Of a stretch of 64,000 bases of DNA, positions 19,525 through 49,119 are shown piece after piece. The notes under the pieces were generated by a model. The model worked only from the letters and a program-made list of their open reading frames with translations. It did not search any database and was not told where the DNA came from. The stretch lies in assembly GCF_009914755.1 (NCBI RefSeq), contig NC_060929.1; one strand, 5' to 3'. This stretch comes from the human T2T-CHM13v2.0 reference genome, Homo sapiens. Made by a program: the position numbers and the translations under genes. The first letter of the stretch is position 1, and each line of letters opens with the position of its first letter.

Positions 19525-19730
19525 ATGTGAAGTTGTAATTAAGTATATAGTAATTGCAACAACATAAATTGATGATTGAATCTTGGAAACATTATGCCGT
19601 GCTTCCATTGACAGTAAAAAGTGGCAGTAAAGATGGATATTGCAAATTATATTTGTCTTAATTATAAGAATAGGGGAGAATAGTGTGCCACTGAAGTTTT
19701 CTTTTATGGAAGAATTTTAAACATGCACCA

Positions 19731-22092
<2,362 letters not shown>

Positions 22093-22185
22093 CCCGCGGC
22101 CGCGCTTCCTCTGATCCGGGCCGGGCGGGAAGTCGGGTCCCGAGGCTCCGGCTCGGCAGACCGGGCGGAAAGCAGCCGAGCGGCC

Positions 22186-22484
22186 ATGGAGCTGTGCGGG
22201 CTGGGGCTGCCCCGGCCGCCCATGCTGCTGGCGCTGCTGTTGGCGACACTGCTGGCGGCGATGTTGGCGCTGCTGACTCAGGTGGCGCTGGTGGTGCAGG
22301 TGGCGGAGGCGGCTCGGGCCCCGAGCGTCTCGGCCAAGCCGGGGCCGGCGCTGTGGCCCCTGCCGCTCTCGGTGAAGATGACCCCGAACCTGCTGCATCT
22401 CGCCCCGGAGAACTTCTACATCAGCCACAGCCCCAATTCCACGGCGGGCCCCTCCTGCACCCTGCTGGAGGAAGCGTTTCGACG
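22186..22484 (+). CDS. HEXB: HEXB exon 1 coding part (signal peptide and pro-region; MELCGLGLPRPPMLLALLL...EEAFR)
   Basis: GCCATGG Kozak start; translation matches the human HEXB N-terminus; 299 nt; donor CG|GTGAGC. Confidence 0.99.
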
Positions 22485-24899
22485 GTGAGCGCTCCCGGCC
22501 CGGCCGGGAGTTGTCCTGGGGGAGGGGAGAGGCGGACCACCCCGGAGCGCTGTGCAGACCCTCACCACCCCACTGCGCAGACGAGAAACCGCCTGGGAGC
22601 TGGCAGGCGATCTGCCCAGCGCCACATGGACTGAACCCACGCTCTTGCCCCCACCCTCCTACTGCTTCTTAAGGGACACCTTGGGTGCTCAGGAACCCTG
22701 GTTTGAGAGCCGGATAGTAAGTGGAAGAGGGAGTTTGCTCTGAGGCCTTGTTGGGCAAATGACATGGACGGAGGGGACACCGGAGCTGGGGAGGAAAGTG
22801 ACAGCTCCTTATTTGAAGGACGTGCAAAGGGATAAGTTACCCGAAGGGCTTAGACAAGCTCTCTTGAGGGACCAGGAATCCCCCAAAGCTGACTGTCATT
22901 TATAGGCCAGTTTCGCCCCCTCACCTCTCCTCACATCTCCTGGTAACAGCTCAAATGGCAGAAGTCCTCAGTTTCGAGCACTGCCTAAAACTGCCCTCTC
23001 TCCTAAAATCTCTTCCATATAAAATGTGACATGTTTGCATCTGACTACGTTTCTGCGGTCAGTGGTTAGGCAGTATCCAACTTTGTTTCTCAACACCGAT
23101 CATGTTGCCTGCTCTCCCTGCTTCCTCTTTTACAGACCCCTAGATAGCGCCTCTGTCTCTCTCACCCTTTGGCTGCAGACAGGGTGAGTTTTGTCATGGG
23201 AGTCAGCCAATCACACCATAGACAAGGCAGGTTCCCCTGGGGAGATGTTTGAAGACGCCACACACTGTCCCCTCAGTGTGAGACCTGTGTAGGTGGGACT
23301 GTCCTGAAGGCGTATCGTGCCCTGCAGAATTGTAATTTGGTGCTAACTGTACTGCCTCCTGGCATTCCCCAAGCCTGTCGCTGTACCCAGTGGATACTAT
23401 AGAGCTTAAGTGTGCTTGCAGGACACTGAACAGGTGGGGAGGGAATGTAAAACTAACTGAATAATGTGTTCTGACCCCAGATAGGACAGGTGCCTAGGCT
23501 CAAGCTGCAGAGGCCCAAGATGCTGATGGCAGAAATGGTTCATTCTCTACAATCAGAAGGCTCATGGTTTCCTTCTGTTTTGTACAACTAAATGGGTATT
23601 ATCAGTCTCTATTTTAGACACACACACTAATGAGCCTTTGGTATCCAATCTGCTAAGGCCAGAGTGGGGTTAAGATGTAGAACCAAAGTGTTTGGTTGCA
23701 TTGGGATATTCAGAAAGATTGCATGGAAAGTACATGAAGGTTGTCTCAGAAGATCATGACTAGGGTTGGAAATCTTTTTAAAAACAAACACCCTTATTAT
23801 GTTTGCCTTGGAGTTCAGCTTGTAGAATTGGATTTTCCTTCTGTGTCATACTGCTAAGTAAAACAAGGACTTGGTAATATGCTGAACTAACTGTGACAAG
23901 AAAGCATGGGTGATGTAAGTTAACAATAGGTAGATAACCAGGACTTAAATCAGCTGAGATGGTTCGAAGGCAAGGCTTGGTATTTCAAGGCATGTGCGGG
24001 TGATTACCTGAAGAGTTTGCCTAACTCATGGCCTCTGAGTGAAGCAGCCATTAATTATGCCTGGCATTATTAGGAAGCAGGTCATAAAATGTGTTGGCCC
24101 TTATGGCTAAGACTTGAAGGCATGCATGTGAGCATTCTAGGAACTCAGGAGGAGCAGCAGGTATCTCAGAGTAAAAGCACAGTGGAGTTGGAAAGATTTG
24201 GAAATATGGGAGTGTTCACAAAGTGCGACGTGGTCAGGAACACACAGTCTAGGCCCCAGATTGTTCAGCATCACATAGCCCCTGTCTCTGAAGAGCCCAG
24301 GTTGTATCACAAACCTTGCTTTGAAACAGTATGCTTTTTGCAGGCAGAGAGTTTGGCTGTTAGATGCATAGCTGCTTCTTTAGCTTCTAGAACAGCGTTC
24401 ATCACATGCTAGTCACTCATTTTTAAAAATAAACAAATAGCTTCACTCCTTCATTTCCTGGAAGGCTAAACTAACCCACATACCTTTGACATACTGCCTC
24501 ACAGCCCTTTGAGTTTTCTGTTAGAATTTTACTACCTAGGGTCAAGGTTCTAAGCCAGCTTCCAACTCTGATCTCAAAGCTGCCAGCAGCTTTAATTTCT
24601 TTTTTAAAAAAATTTTAATTAAGGAAAAAATACACATAACATAAAATTTACCATCTTAACCTTTTGTAAGTATGTATTTCGGTGGTCTTAATTTCCTTTT
24701 TAATCTGTCAGGGTTTTCCTATGAGAAGGGCCCTCAACACCTACATCCATTCCATTCTCTCATTGGTTAACTTCCATACACTTCCAAACATGTCAGAATT
24801 TTCCGACCTCTTCTGCAAAAAAGCATAAGACGTTCTTACACATAAGTAGCATATATAACCTTCTGGCTTACCAAAATCTGTAAAATATTATTTAAACAG

Positions 24900-25569
<670 letters not shown>

Positions 25570-26254
25570 AACAAAAAGTAAATTTTAAAGGCTCTGGTGA
25601 GAATTCTGGACCTTCTTTTGGGGCTTTATATGTAAGCTAGGATACTTTTGCAGGAAGGTAACAGGAACTCTGACTCAATCTGGCTCAAACAATAGGAAAA
25701 CTTATTTCACACATTAGGATGTCCAAAAGTAGGGATGAATTTAGGGCAAGTTGACCAAGTGGCTCAACAGTGTTACCAGGGATCCATATTCTTTCCATCT
25801 CTGCTCTGTCCACTTTAGTGTAGTGGCAACTAGTCCAGCTCTCACATACAGAGAAACGAAGTTTTCTTGTGATTTGCTCAGAACTCCCCCTAACCCCCAC
25901 ATCCTATCACTGGTCAGAATTGGTTTTTCATTCCCAAGAGTGATGGATTACCATGATGGTTTCATTATTGGTTCTTAACGGGGCTTCATATGTCACTTCA
26001 GAGTGTGGGGAAGCATTTAAAATTCCCATGCCTGAATCCCATTCTAATAGATTCTGATTCTGAAGGCATGGACGTTGGGATTTTCAAAAAACTTCCCAAG
26101 TGATTCTAATGTACAGCTTGGGGTGAGAATCTCTAGTTGGACTTACAATGGGCAGCATGGATTTGAGGAGTTAACTACAATGTTACTAGCACATCTGTTT
26201 TAAAAATTTGGCTAAAATCCTTCTAAAATGTGTTTACATTTATTTCTCAAACAG

Positions 26255-26400
26255 ATATCATGGCTATATTTTTGGTTTCTACAAGTGGCATCATGAACCT
26301 GCTGAATTCCAGGCTAAAACCCAGGTTCAGCAACTTCTTGTCTCAATCACCCTTCAGTCAGAGTGTGATGCTTTCCCCAACATATCTTCAGATGAGTCTT
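26255..26400 (+). CDS. HEXB: HEXB exon 2 (YHGYIFGFYKWHHEPAEFQAKTQVQQ...ISSDES)
   Basis: acag| acceptor, |gtaagt donor, 146 nt, in phase with exons 1 and 3. Confidence 0.99.
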
Positions 26401-27293
26401 GTAAGTACCTATGCAATGTGAGTGTATTATATCCCAGGTGCTCGCTGACGGACTTAAGTGCCAAAAACTGACTCCATGCTAGGAACCACTGAGTTCTCAA
26501 CCAGTGAGTTTATGATTCCTATTTTAAAAATAACCTTTAAAGTCTGATTATAAAAGTAGTACATAGTCTTTGTGGAAAATTTATTAAGTACAGTAAGTGC
26601 AGAAGAAGAAATAAATCACTCATAATCCCAGCAGACAGAATTAATCACTGTCATTTTAGGTGTATTTTTTTGCAGAGTAAAACATGTAAACATTTTACAT
26701 AGACATAAATACAAACATGATAAGCATTGACATGAAAATGGCAGTAATTCTGTACATGTGCTTCTTGTATTTTTGTTGTATTTTTATATCATGCTTTTTT
26801 GCAAAATACATTATAAATTAAACATGAATTTCACTAGTTTTCTGTGATATCATTTTCAATGGCTGAATAATGTTCTGTCACTATATGGATGAGCTGACTT
26901 GGGTAATCTCTTTTGGACATCTAGGTAATTTCTTAACTTTTGTCTTTGAAAACATCTGTATCCATGATCTCTATTTATAATCTAATTTTACAGAAAGATA
27001 ATGCAGAGCTAGGGGAGAGGGTGGGTACAGCAGTTTCATTTGTAATCTGCTGTACAATATAATCAACATTTAGCTGTATGATTTTGTCCTCGTTGTTGCC
27101 TAAAACGTTATTCTCTAGGGCTTTTCCCAAATTGTTTTAGAACAAATAAGTGGGCGTGCCATTTCTATAGGGTATACTGCCTGAGAATAATGTGGAATTG
27201 CACCAAGGAATCAAAGAAGGGCAGTATAAGGACATGTGTAATATAAGATTCGTGCAAGAAAGAGCAGACAGGGGAACTAAGTGTAAAGATAGA

Positions 27294-27600
<307 letters not shown>

Positions 27601-29115
27601 ATAGGATGCCACAAATTTAGAGAAAAGAGCAACTCCATTACCCCCAGACTGCCTCACAGTTAAGTACATGTCTTCATCCTGCTGGTTTAGATGAGATTTC
27701 TCAATAATACATCTCTTTGAAAAAAAGCTTTCTTTCTCTTCAATTCCATAGCTGTTCTTAGAAGAGAAATAGGAAAATTCACCAACATCAGGTATCATTT
27801 CAATTGATACTCAGCACTCAGACACCATGTGAAGTAGGTTTTGCAACCTGAATTGAGATGGAAATGGTCATTACGTTGCCAAGGAATCTTTGCTGTCCAT
27901 TGGCAATACAGATAACAGATTGTAAATTCCACAAAATGAAATGTATCGAGACTAGAGAGTCATAGCTTATCTTTCAGTCAGTTCTACAAACCCTCTTTAT
28001 TCTGAAAGGGAAGTTTCTTGAGACAAGGTTATTGTGAAATTTTCAGCTGAAGAATAAACTAGTTTTTAGTCTTTAAACTAGTTGATGATGATGATAAAAG
28101 TAACACATATGAATGGAAATAATAAGATATCAAATGTCCAGAGTGGGAGGACATGTTGGAGGAGGTGACACATGTTAAAGCACCACTATTTATTAAAAAT
28201 AAAAATATGCATGCCCTGAGAAGTGGACTAGTTTTTACTGCAGATAAATGGACACATAAATCAAGGATGTTTGATGCAGTTTGCCTGTAATGTGAAGAAC
28301 TGTCAATAAAACTCAATGTCCATCAATAGAGGAATGGCTAAATACATCTTGTCAATCTATACTAAACAGTATAATCACAACAGTTAAGAATAAAGAAGCA
28401 GTATTACTGAGAACACACATGGAGAACTGACAAGATAAACTGCTGAGTTGAACAAAGGAAGCTGTATAATTATGTGTAGAGGTGGACCCTGTTTATATAT
28501 CAACACACGTGCAGGAACACACGCATAAAGCAATACTATATTTTCTCCTTCCGTGTACATCTATGTCAAGCCTAAGAAAATGCCCGATAAGTATTTCCTC
28601 TGAGGAAGGTAGAGGGAGTTAGGTGAGTATCTCAAAGGAGATTTTAGCCTTATCTATATTATATTGCTTTTAAACAGAATATATAGATATGTCATTTGTA
28701 TATTCACCCTCCAAAACAAATGTATTTATGGTGCAAAAAGATACAGAATGGGCTAACTGAAAAGTCAATGATATAATTCCTTTCACACTTCAGGGAAGTG
28801 ATCATTGTTAACACTAATAACTTGGTTGTGAAGTAAAAATGGAAATTCTATAGCTATGTGTCCATATATTTAGAAAACCAAATTTCTAATTGTTATATGT
28901 ATTTTCCACTGAGTTGAATTACAGTCCTGTTTAATATCAGCCAGTTGTCAACTATTAGAAAATAATTGGTATCAAATATATGCAATATATTAATGTTTTT
29001 TAGGTGACTGTGCTATTTCTGGAAGATCTCAAAACTAGAATGTGGCAAAAAAATGTTTTTAAACAGTGACCAATGGAGCAGTGAGCTCTAGGTAGCTGAT
29101 TAAGAATTTGATACA

Positions 29116-29392
29116 GGCTGGGTACAGTAGCTGACACCTGTAATCCCAACACTTTGGGAGGCTGAGGCCGGTAGATGGCTTGAGCCCAGGAGTTCAAGAC
29201 CAGCCTGGGCAACATGGCAAAACCCTGTCTCTACAAAAAAAAAAAAAAAAAAGAAAGAGAAAAATTAGCCAGGCGTGGTGGCACATGCCTACAGTCCCAG
29301 CTACTTGGGAGGTCGAGGCTGCAATGAACCGTGATTGTGCCACTCCACTCCAGCCTGGGCAGCACAGTGAGACTCTGTCTCAACAACAACAC
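29116..29392 (+). mobile_element. AluJ-like element with an internal deletion, intron 2
   Basis: GCTTGAGCCCAGGAGTTCAAGACCAGCCTGGGCAAC (J-type); right arm shortened. Confidence 0.85.
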
Positions 29393-30538
29393 AAGAATTT
29401 GCTATAGATGTAGAGGAAACATAATTAGACTATGCTCATAAATAGCAATATAGTTCTTAGCCTGGCATTGGCTAACTCATCTAATGGAGTGTGGTTATCT
29501 AATGGAAAAGGCTATCTTGTCAGAAGACTATCACCTGAGATGCTCACACTACTGATAGAGCACTTTTGCCTACCTGCAGCTAACTATTCTGTGAGCATCT
29601 GAATGGTGGTGGTGGTAGAAGGTGATAAACCACCCCAGAGGACACAGTATTAAATCATTAATCTCCAGCCCATCAGTGTCTTTGCCGTGGCAAAGTCCAA
29701 AGCTGTTACACCCTTTAGCTTTCAATCTCTTTACCATCTGTGGGTTTACTATGTGGTTGATTCCACTCCAGACCTCTCTAAAAGACTAAATGACTATTGG
29801 GCCAACCTTAGAGTGTGCTTCAAAGATTGAAAGATTAGCCTCTCACCAGAAGCAGCTAACTGGAGTCCCATTCTGGATGATGTGAACTTTTAATTGAGTG
29901 GGACAAAGCTGAATTATTTTTATTGAGTGAGACAAAGCTGAACTAAGCTAAAGGGATTTGGAGAGTAAGTCTTAAGGCAGATTTGGATGATACTGAGGGA
30001 AGGTGGGTACAGGGCAAGTAGAAAATTCTGAATGCAAAAGAGTGGAGATACTCTCTGGCCTTAAAGGGAGTAGATTTGAGCGACACCTAGGGCGTTACCA
30101 AGGATTAGTAGGAACTGAGGAATGTTTGCACTTTCAACTAAACTCTTAGCTTAACTAGGACCCTACTCTGTTGAGGAGAAGTTGGAGAGACTAACTCTTT
30201 TAGGAAAATGAGGAAACATGGAGTTGACACCCAAATTCCCGTTCTGAGTGACTCAAGTGACTGGATGGTGGTGCTGTGACTCACTGAAATGAGGAACACA
30301 GAAGACCAGCAGGTTGAAGTGTGCGGAGGAGGGAGGGAAGAGTTCTGTTGGGGCATGTGGAGTCGAAGGAATCTGCAGGACATCCAAATGGAGATGTACA
30401 GGAGGCAGTTAGAGAAATAGGTCATGTGCTTGGGAGAAAATAATAGTCCAGAAATATCAATGACATGTTTAGGAAACTTATTGTGTGTCATTGAGGGATT
30501 AACAAAAGTGTGTGTGTGATTTTAAATCCTCAATACAG

Positions 30539-30604
30539 ATACTTTACTTGTGAAAGAACCAGTGGCTGTCCTTAAGGCCAACAGAGTTTGGGGAGCATTA
30601 CGAG
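30539..30604 (+). CDS. HEXB: HEXB exon 3 (YTLLVKEPVAVLKANRVWGALR)
   Basis: tacag| acceptor, |gtaagt donor, 66 nt. Confidence 0.98.
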
Positions 30605-30674
30605 GTAAGTTCCATGCAGTTTCATTGTTACTTTCCAGTAAAGGAAAATTTTCAGTTGGTGCTTTGTGAAATTA

Positions 30675-32787
<2,113 letters not shown>

Positions 32788-33593
32788 CTAGATTTCTAGT
32801 CCAAGAAGTCCATATTTTCTGTTTACCATCAGACTTTCAGAGTAATGTACTCTAAACTGATCATTATTGAACGTAATGTCACTTAACAGAAACTTTCAGA
32901 GTTATTCTTCCCAGCATGAACCTGTACTTGACGAGGTTGGAGAGACAGGAAGGCGTAGCAAAGATGACTGAACTGTTCTTAGGTTAAAAATTCCCTGGCT
33001 ATATAGCTGTCAGCTAGAATGAGGAATCTGAATAAAGTCAAGGCCAGTTAGAAGAATTAGCCTGTCAACTAGTATATTAAGGGAATAATCCACTTGAGTA
33101 AAAAATGTTCAGAAGGTAGTCTTTGCAGCTATAAGTAAAATGCTGTATATTGTAAATTGGCCTTTATTTATAGTTTCATGGTTTTTCCAGCCATTTTTCC
33201 CTGTTGCATTTAGATACCTTCTAAAAGTGACTATATTTGATTATAAAAATTCTTTCTCATGATGCCATAAATTTATTAAGGAACCAGTATTTTATTAAAT
33301 TACTATTCTTCTTTTGTCTATATTGAAACAACCCCCAGGGTATGGGTACAATGAAGTAAAGCACTTTTATTAGATGAGTAGAGAAGTGCAATGGATTTTT
33401 TTTTAATTTGGCTTTGATTTTAGAAATTATGGTAGAGGGTGTAGGTATAACAATATATTTTAGAGGATAGAGGTATAACACTATATTCAATTATATTTGC
33501 CTTACCTGGTTATGAGTCTGTTTGAATAATATAACTTTTATCATCTCAATTTGTTGATTTATAAATTAATGCAATAAATTTTACTTTCCTCAG

Positions 33594-33640
33594 GTTTAGA
33601 GACCTTTAGCCAGTTAGTTTATCAAGATTCTTATGGAACT
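33594..33640 (+). CDS. HEXB: HEXB exon 4 (GLETFSQLVYQDSYGT)
   Basis: tttcctcag| acceptor, |gtaagt donor, 47 nt. Confidence 0.98.
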
Positions 33641-33896
33641 GTAAGTATGATTATTATATGTTACTAAAAATTGTTAGACAAATTACTAATAGAAAAAAAT
33701 GTAACCTGTTTAGCTATTGCTTCCTGAAGATTTCATTTCCCCAGATATTTGTCTTAGCCGGTAAATGTAAATTTCATACATTTTTGTTGTTCTAAATTAA
33801 TATTTTATGAAATGCTTGTATAAATAGATTTAGTCTTCATTGAGTTCAAGACAACAGAAAATTCTAAAACTAAATCAAAATTTTATTTTGTCATAG

Positions 33897-34007
33897 TTCA
33901 CCATCAATGAATCCACCATTATTGATTCTCCAAGGTTTTCTCACAGAGGAATTTTGATTGATACATCCAGACATTATCTGCCAGTTAAGATTATTCTTAA
34001 AACTCTG
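33897..34007 (+). CDS. HEXB: HEXB exon 5 ([37 protein letters not shown]); start of the GH20 TIM barrel, includes active-site Arg211
   Basis: catag| acceptor, |gtaagt donor, 111 nt; RG..D.SRH motif of glycoside hydrolase family 20. Confidence 0.99.
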
Positions 34008-34344
34008 GTAAGTAATTACTTCATTCTAATCTGTTGTCTATTCTGAAGATGTCTCCTTTATGTTGTAACTTTATGTTGGTTACTATTGTGTAGTTTGGAA
34101 CAGGGGAATTTGTATAAGCACTGGGCATTCTTTCCTCAGTTCCTAGGGAAGTGTATTTCCTCAGCTGTGACGTGGAGGTCCCCTTGAGAATCACCCTCCT
34201 GTTTTCAGTGCGAGAGCCACGTATAACATGTATTTAGCCAAGACTGTTAAGAGAAGGACAGTTTAAACACTGCCCATTGGCCCTTTACATATACTCCCAT
34301 TTGTCAAATCATGTGTCTAGACTTTTGATTAGGAATACATGGCC

Positions 34345-42011
<7,667 letters not shown>

Positions 42012-42090
42012 GTTTTAAAGGAAGCAGACATATTGGAAGCAATTCCAAATGTAGATAGGTAATATGGATTGTATATGATATCTGCAGTAA

Positions 42091-42306
<216 letters not shown>

Positions 42307-43183
42307 TAGAATCAAAGTGTAAAAATCAGATGTTTATGGTTTTTAATTTTTTTGGCTGTGACTTAGCATTTTACATCCATAAAACTTTTTTTGTTATTGT
42401 TATAACGGTTACTGTAATTGTTACTGTGAATATAAACAATCTTGGGGAAGTGTAAATCGAAATTTAACAAGGTAGAAGCCCTGAATAATTCTCAAATTAC
42501 ATATGGTTAAGATAATATATTTATCAAGTTGTCCAACAGTGTATTTGTTTTAAACATAATTGTTTGGAAATCCATAAATGACTATTTTTCTCTCTGAGAA
42601 ACTACATGAAGTAGGGAATTTTAGAGGTGAGAGTGTTTTCTTAGAAAATAATGGTAGTCTCAGTTAACAGTGTTCAAATTGACTGTATCATGGACCAATG
42701 GATCTGGGAGGGACCCTCAGTGTCCCCTAGTTTAATACCCCTGTAATACAAAGAAGGTACCTGACATCCAGAGAAATGATGTGCCTTGTGTAAAGTTGTG
42801 GTTAGGAAGGGACAGAGCCAGGACTCTAAATTCTGTCCTCCGGCCATAATTCCAAAACTTTCTCCAATGTTAGGTATGTAGGCTAAAATGTGCTAACAGC
42901 ACTTGTGTTTTTGTTTCCTTTTGTTTTACTTTTTATTATGGCAAATTTCAAACATATACAGATACAGAATAGTTTAATGAACTCCCATGTTCTCATCATG
43001 CCAGTTCAAACATGAATACATGGTCAACCTTGTATCACTTAAACTCCTGCAGACAAGCCCTGCCCCATCCTGTTGTTTTGAATAAAATCCATCATTGTAT
43101 CTCACTGTAAAAAGGCCTGTTCTTTAAGAAAAAATAACCATAATACATGATTGCAGCTAAAAAATTAAGAGTAATCTAGACAG

Positions 43184-43657
43184 CTAATCAATATTCACAT
43201 TTCGGGGGGAGGAGCCAAGATGGCCGAATAGGAACAGCTCCCGTCTACAGCTCCCAGCATGAGCGACACAGAAGACGGGTGATTTCTGCATTTCCATCTG
43301 AGGTACCAGGTTCATCTCACTAGGGAGTGCCAGACAGTGGGCGCAGGACAGTGGGTGCAGCGCATCATGCGCGAGCCGAAGCAGGGTGAGGCGTTGCCTC
43401 ACTCGGGAAGCGCAAGGGGTCAGGGAGTTCCCTTTCCTAGTCAAAGAAAGGGGTGACACACGGCACCAGGAAAATCGGGTCACTCCCACCCGAATACTGT
43501 GCTTTTCCGACAGGCTTAGGAAACGGCACACCAGGATATTATATCCTGCACCTGGCTCGGAGGGTCCTACGTGCACGGAGTCTCGCTCATTGCTAGCACA
43601 GAAGTCTGAGATCAAACTGCAAGGCGGCAGCGAGGCTGGGGGAGGGGTGCCCGCCAT
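43184..43657 (-). other. L1 antisense ORF0 homologue, open for 157 codons (MAGTPPPASLPPCSLISD...RNVNID*)
   Basis: N-terminus closely resembles primate L1 ORF0 (MAGAPPPASLPPCSLISD); part of ORF track 43184..43726. Translation is not shown by the sequence. Confidence 0.7.
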
Positions 43658-44233
43658 TGCCCAGGCTTGCTTAGGTAAACAGAGCAGCCGGGAAGCTCCA
43701 CCTGGGTGGAGCCCACCACAGCTCAAGGAGGCCTGCCTGCCTCTGTAGGCTCCACCTCTGGGGGCAGGGCACAGACAAACAAAAAGACAGCAGTAACCTC
43801 TGCAGACTTAAATGTCCCCGTCTGACAGCTTTGAAGAGAGCAGTGGTTCTCCCAGCACACAGCTGGAGATCTGAGAATGGGCAGACTGCCTCCTCAAGTG
43901 GGTCCCTGATCCCTGAGCAGCCTAACTGGGAGGCACCCCCCAGTAGGGGCAGACTGACACCTCACACAGCCGGGTATTCCTCTGAGACAAAACTTCCAGA
44001 GGAATGATCAGACAGCAGCATTCACGGTTCACGAAAAACCACTGTTCTGCAGACACCGCTGCTGATACCCAGGCAAACAGGGTCTGGAGTGGACCTCTAG
44101 CAAACTCCAACAGACCTGCAGCTGAGGGTCCTGTCTGTTAGAAGGAAAACTAACAAACAGAAAGGACATCCACACCAAAAACCCATCTGTACATCACCAT
44201 CATCAAAGACCAAAAGTAGATAAAACCACAAAG

Positions 44234-45242
44234 ATGGGGAAAAAACAGAGCAGAAAAACTGGAAACTCTAAAAAGCAGAGCACCTCTCTTCTTCCAAAGG
44301 ATCGCAGTTCCTCACCAGCAATGGAACAAAGCTGGACGGAGAATGACTTTGACGAGTTGAGAGAAGAAGGCTTCAGAAGATCAAACTACGAGCTACAGGA
44401 GGAAATTCAAACCAAAGGCAAAGAAGTTAAAAACTTTGAAAAAAATTTAGACGAATGTACAACTAGAATAACCAATACAGAGAAGGGCTTAAAGGAGCTG
44501 ATGGAGCTGAAAGCCAAGGCTCGAGAACTACGTGAAGAATGCAGAAGCCTCAGGAGCTGATGTGATCAACTGGAAGAAAGGGTATCAGTGATGGAAGATG
44601 AAATGAATGAAATGAAGTGAGAAGGGAAGTTTAGAGAAAAAAGAATAAAAAGAAATGAACAAAGCCTCCAAGAAATATGGGACTATGTGAAAAGACCAAA
44701 TCTACATCTGATTGGTGTACCTGAAAGTGACGGGGAGAATGGAACCAAGTCCTACTCTGCAGGATATTATCCAGGAGAATTTCCCCAATCTAGCAAGGCA
44801 GGCCAACATTCAGATGCAGGAAATACAGAGAATGCCACAAACATACTCCTCGAGAAGAGCAACTCCAAGACACATAATTGTCAGATTCACCAAAGTTGAA
44901 ATGAAGGAAAAAATGTTAAGGGCAGCCAGAGAGAAAGGTCGGGTTACCCACAAAGGGAAGCCCATCAGACTAACAGCGGATCTCTCGGCAGAAACTCTAC
45001 AAGCCAGAAGACAGTGGGGGCCAATATTCAACATTCTTAAAGAAAAGAATTTTCAACCCAGAATTTCATATCCAGCCAAACTAAGCTTCATAAGTGAAGG
45101 AGAAATAAAATACTTTACAGACAAGCAAATGCTGAGAGATTTTGTCACCACCAGGCCTGCCCTGAAAGAGCTCCTGAAGGAAGCACTAAACATGGAAAGG
45201 AACAACCAGTACCAGCCGCTGCAAAATCATGCCAAAGTGTAA
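44234..45242 (+). pseudogene. L1 ORF1 (RNA chaperone), disrupted
   Basis: MGKKQSRKTGNSK start; in-frame TGA at 44558 and 44618; frameshifting indel near 44750; C-terminal half in ORF 44712..45242. Confidence 0.95.
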
Positions 45243-45305
45243 AGACCATCGAGACTAGGAAGAAACTGCATCAACTAACGAGCAAAATAACCAGCTAACA
45301 TCATA

Positions 45306-49119
<3,814 letters not shown>

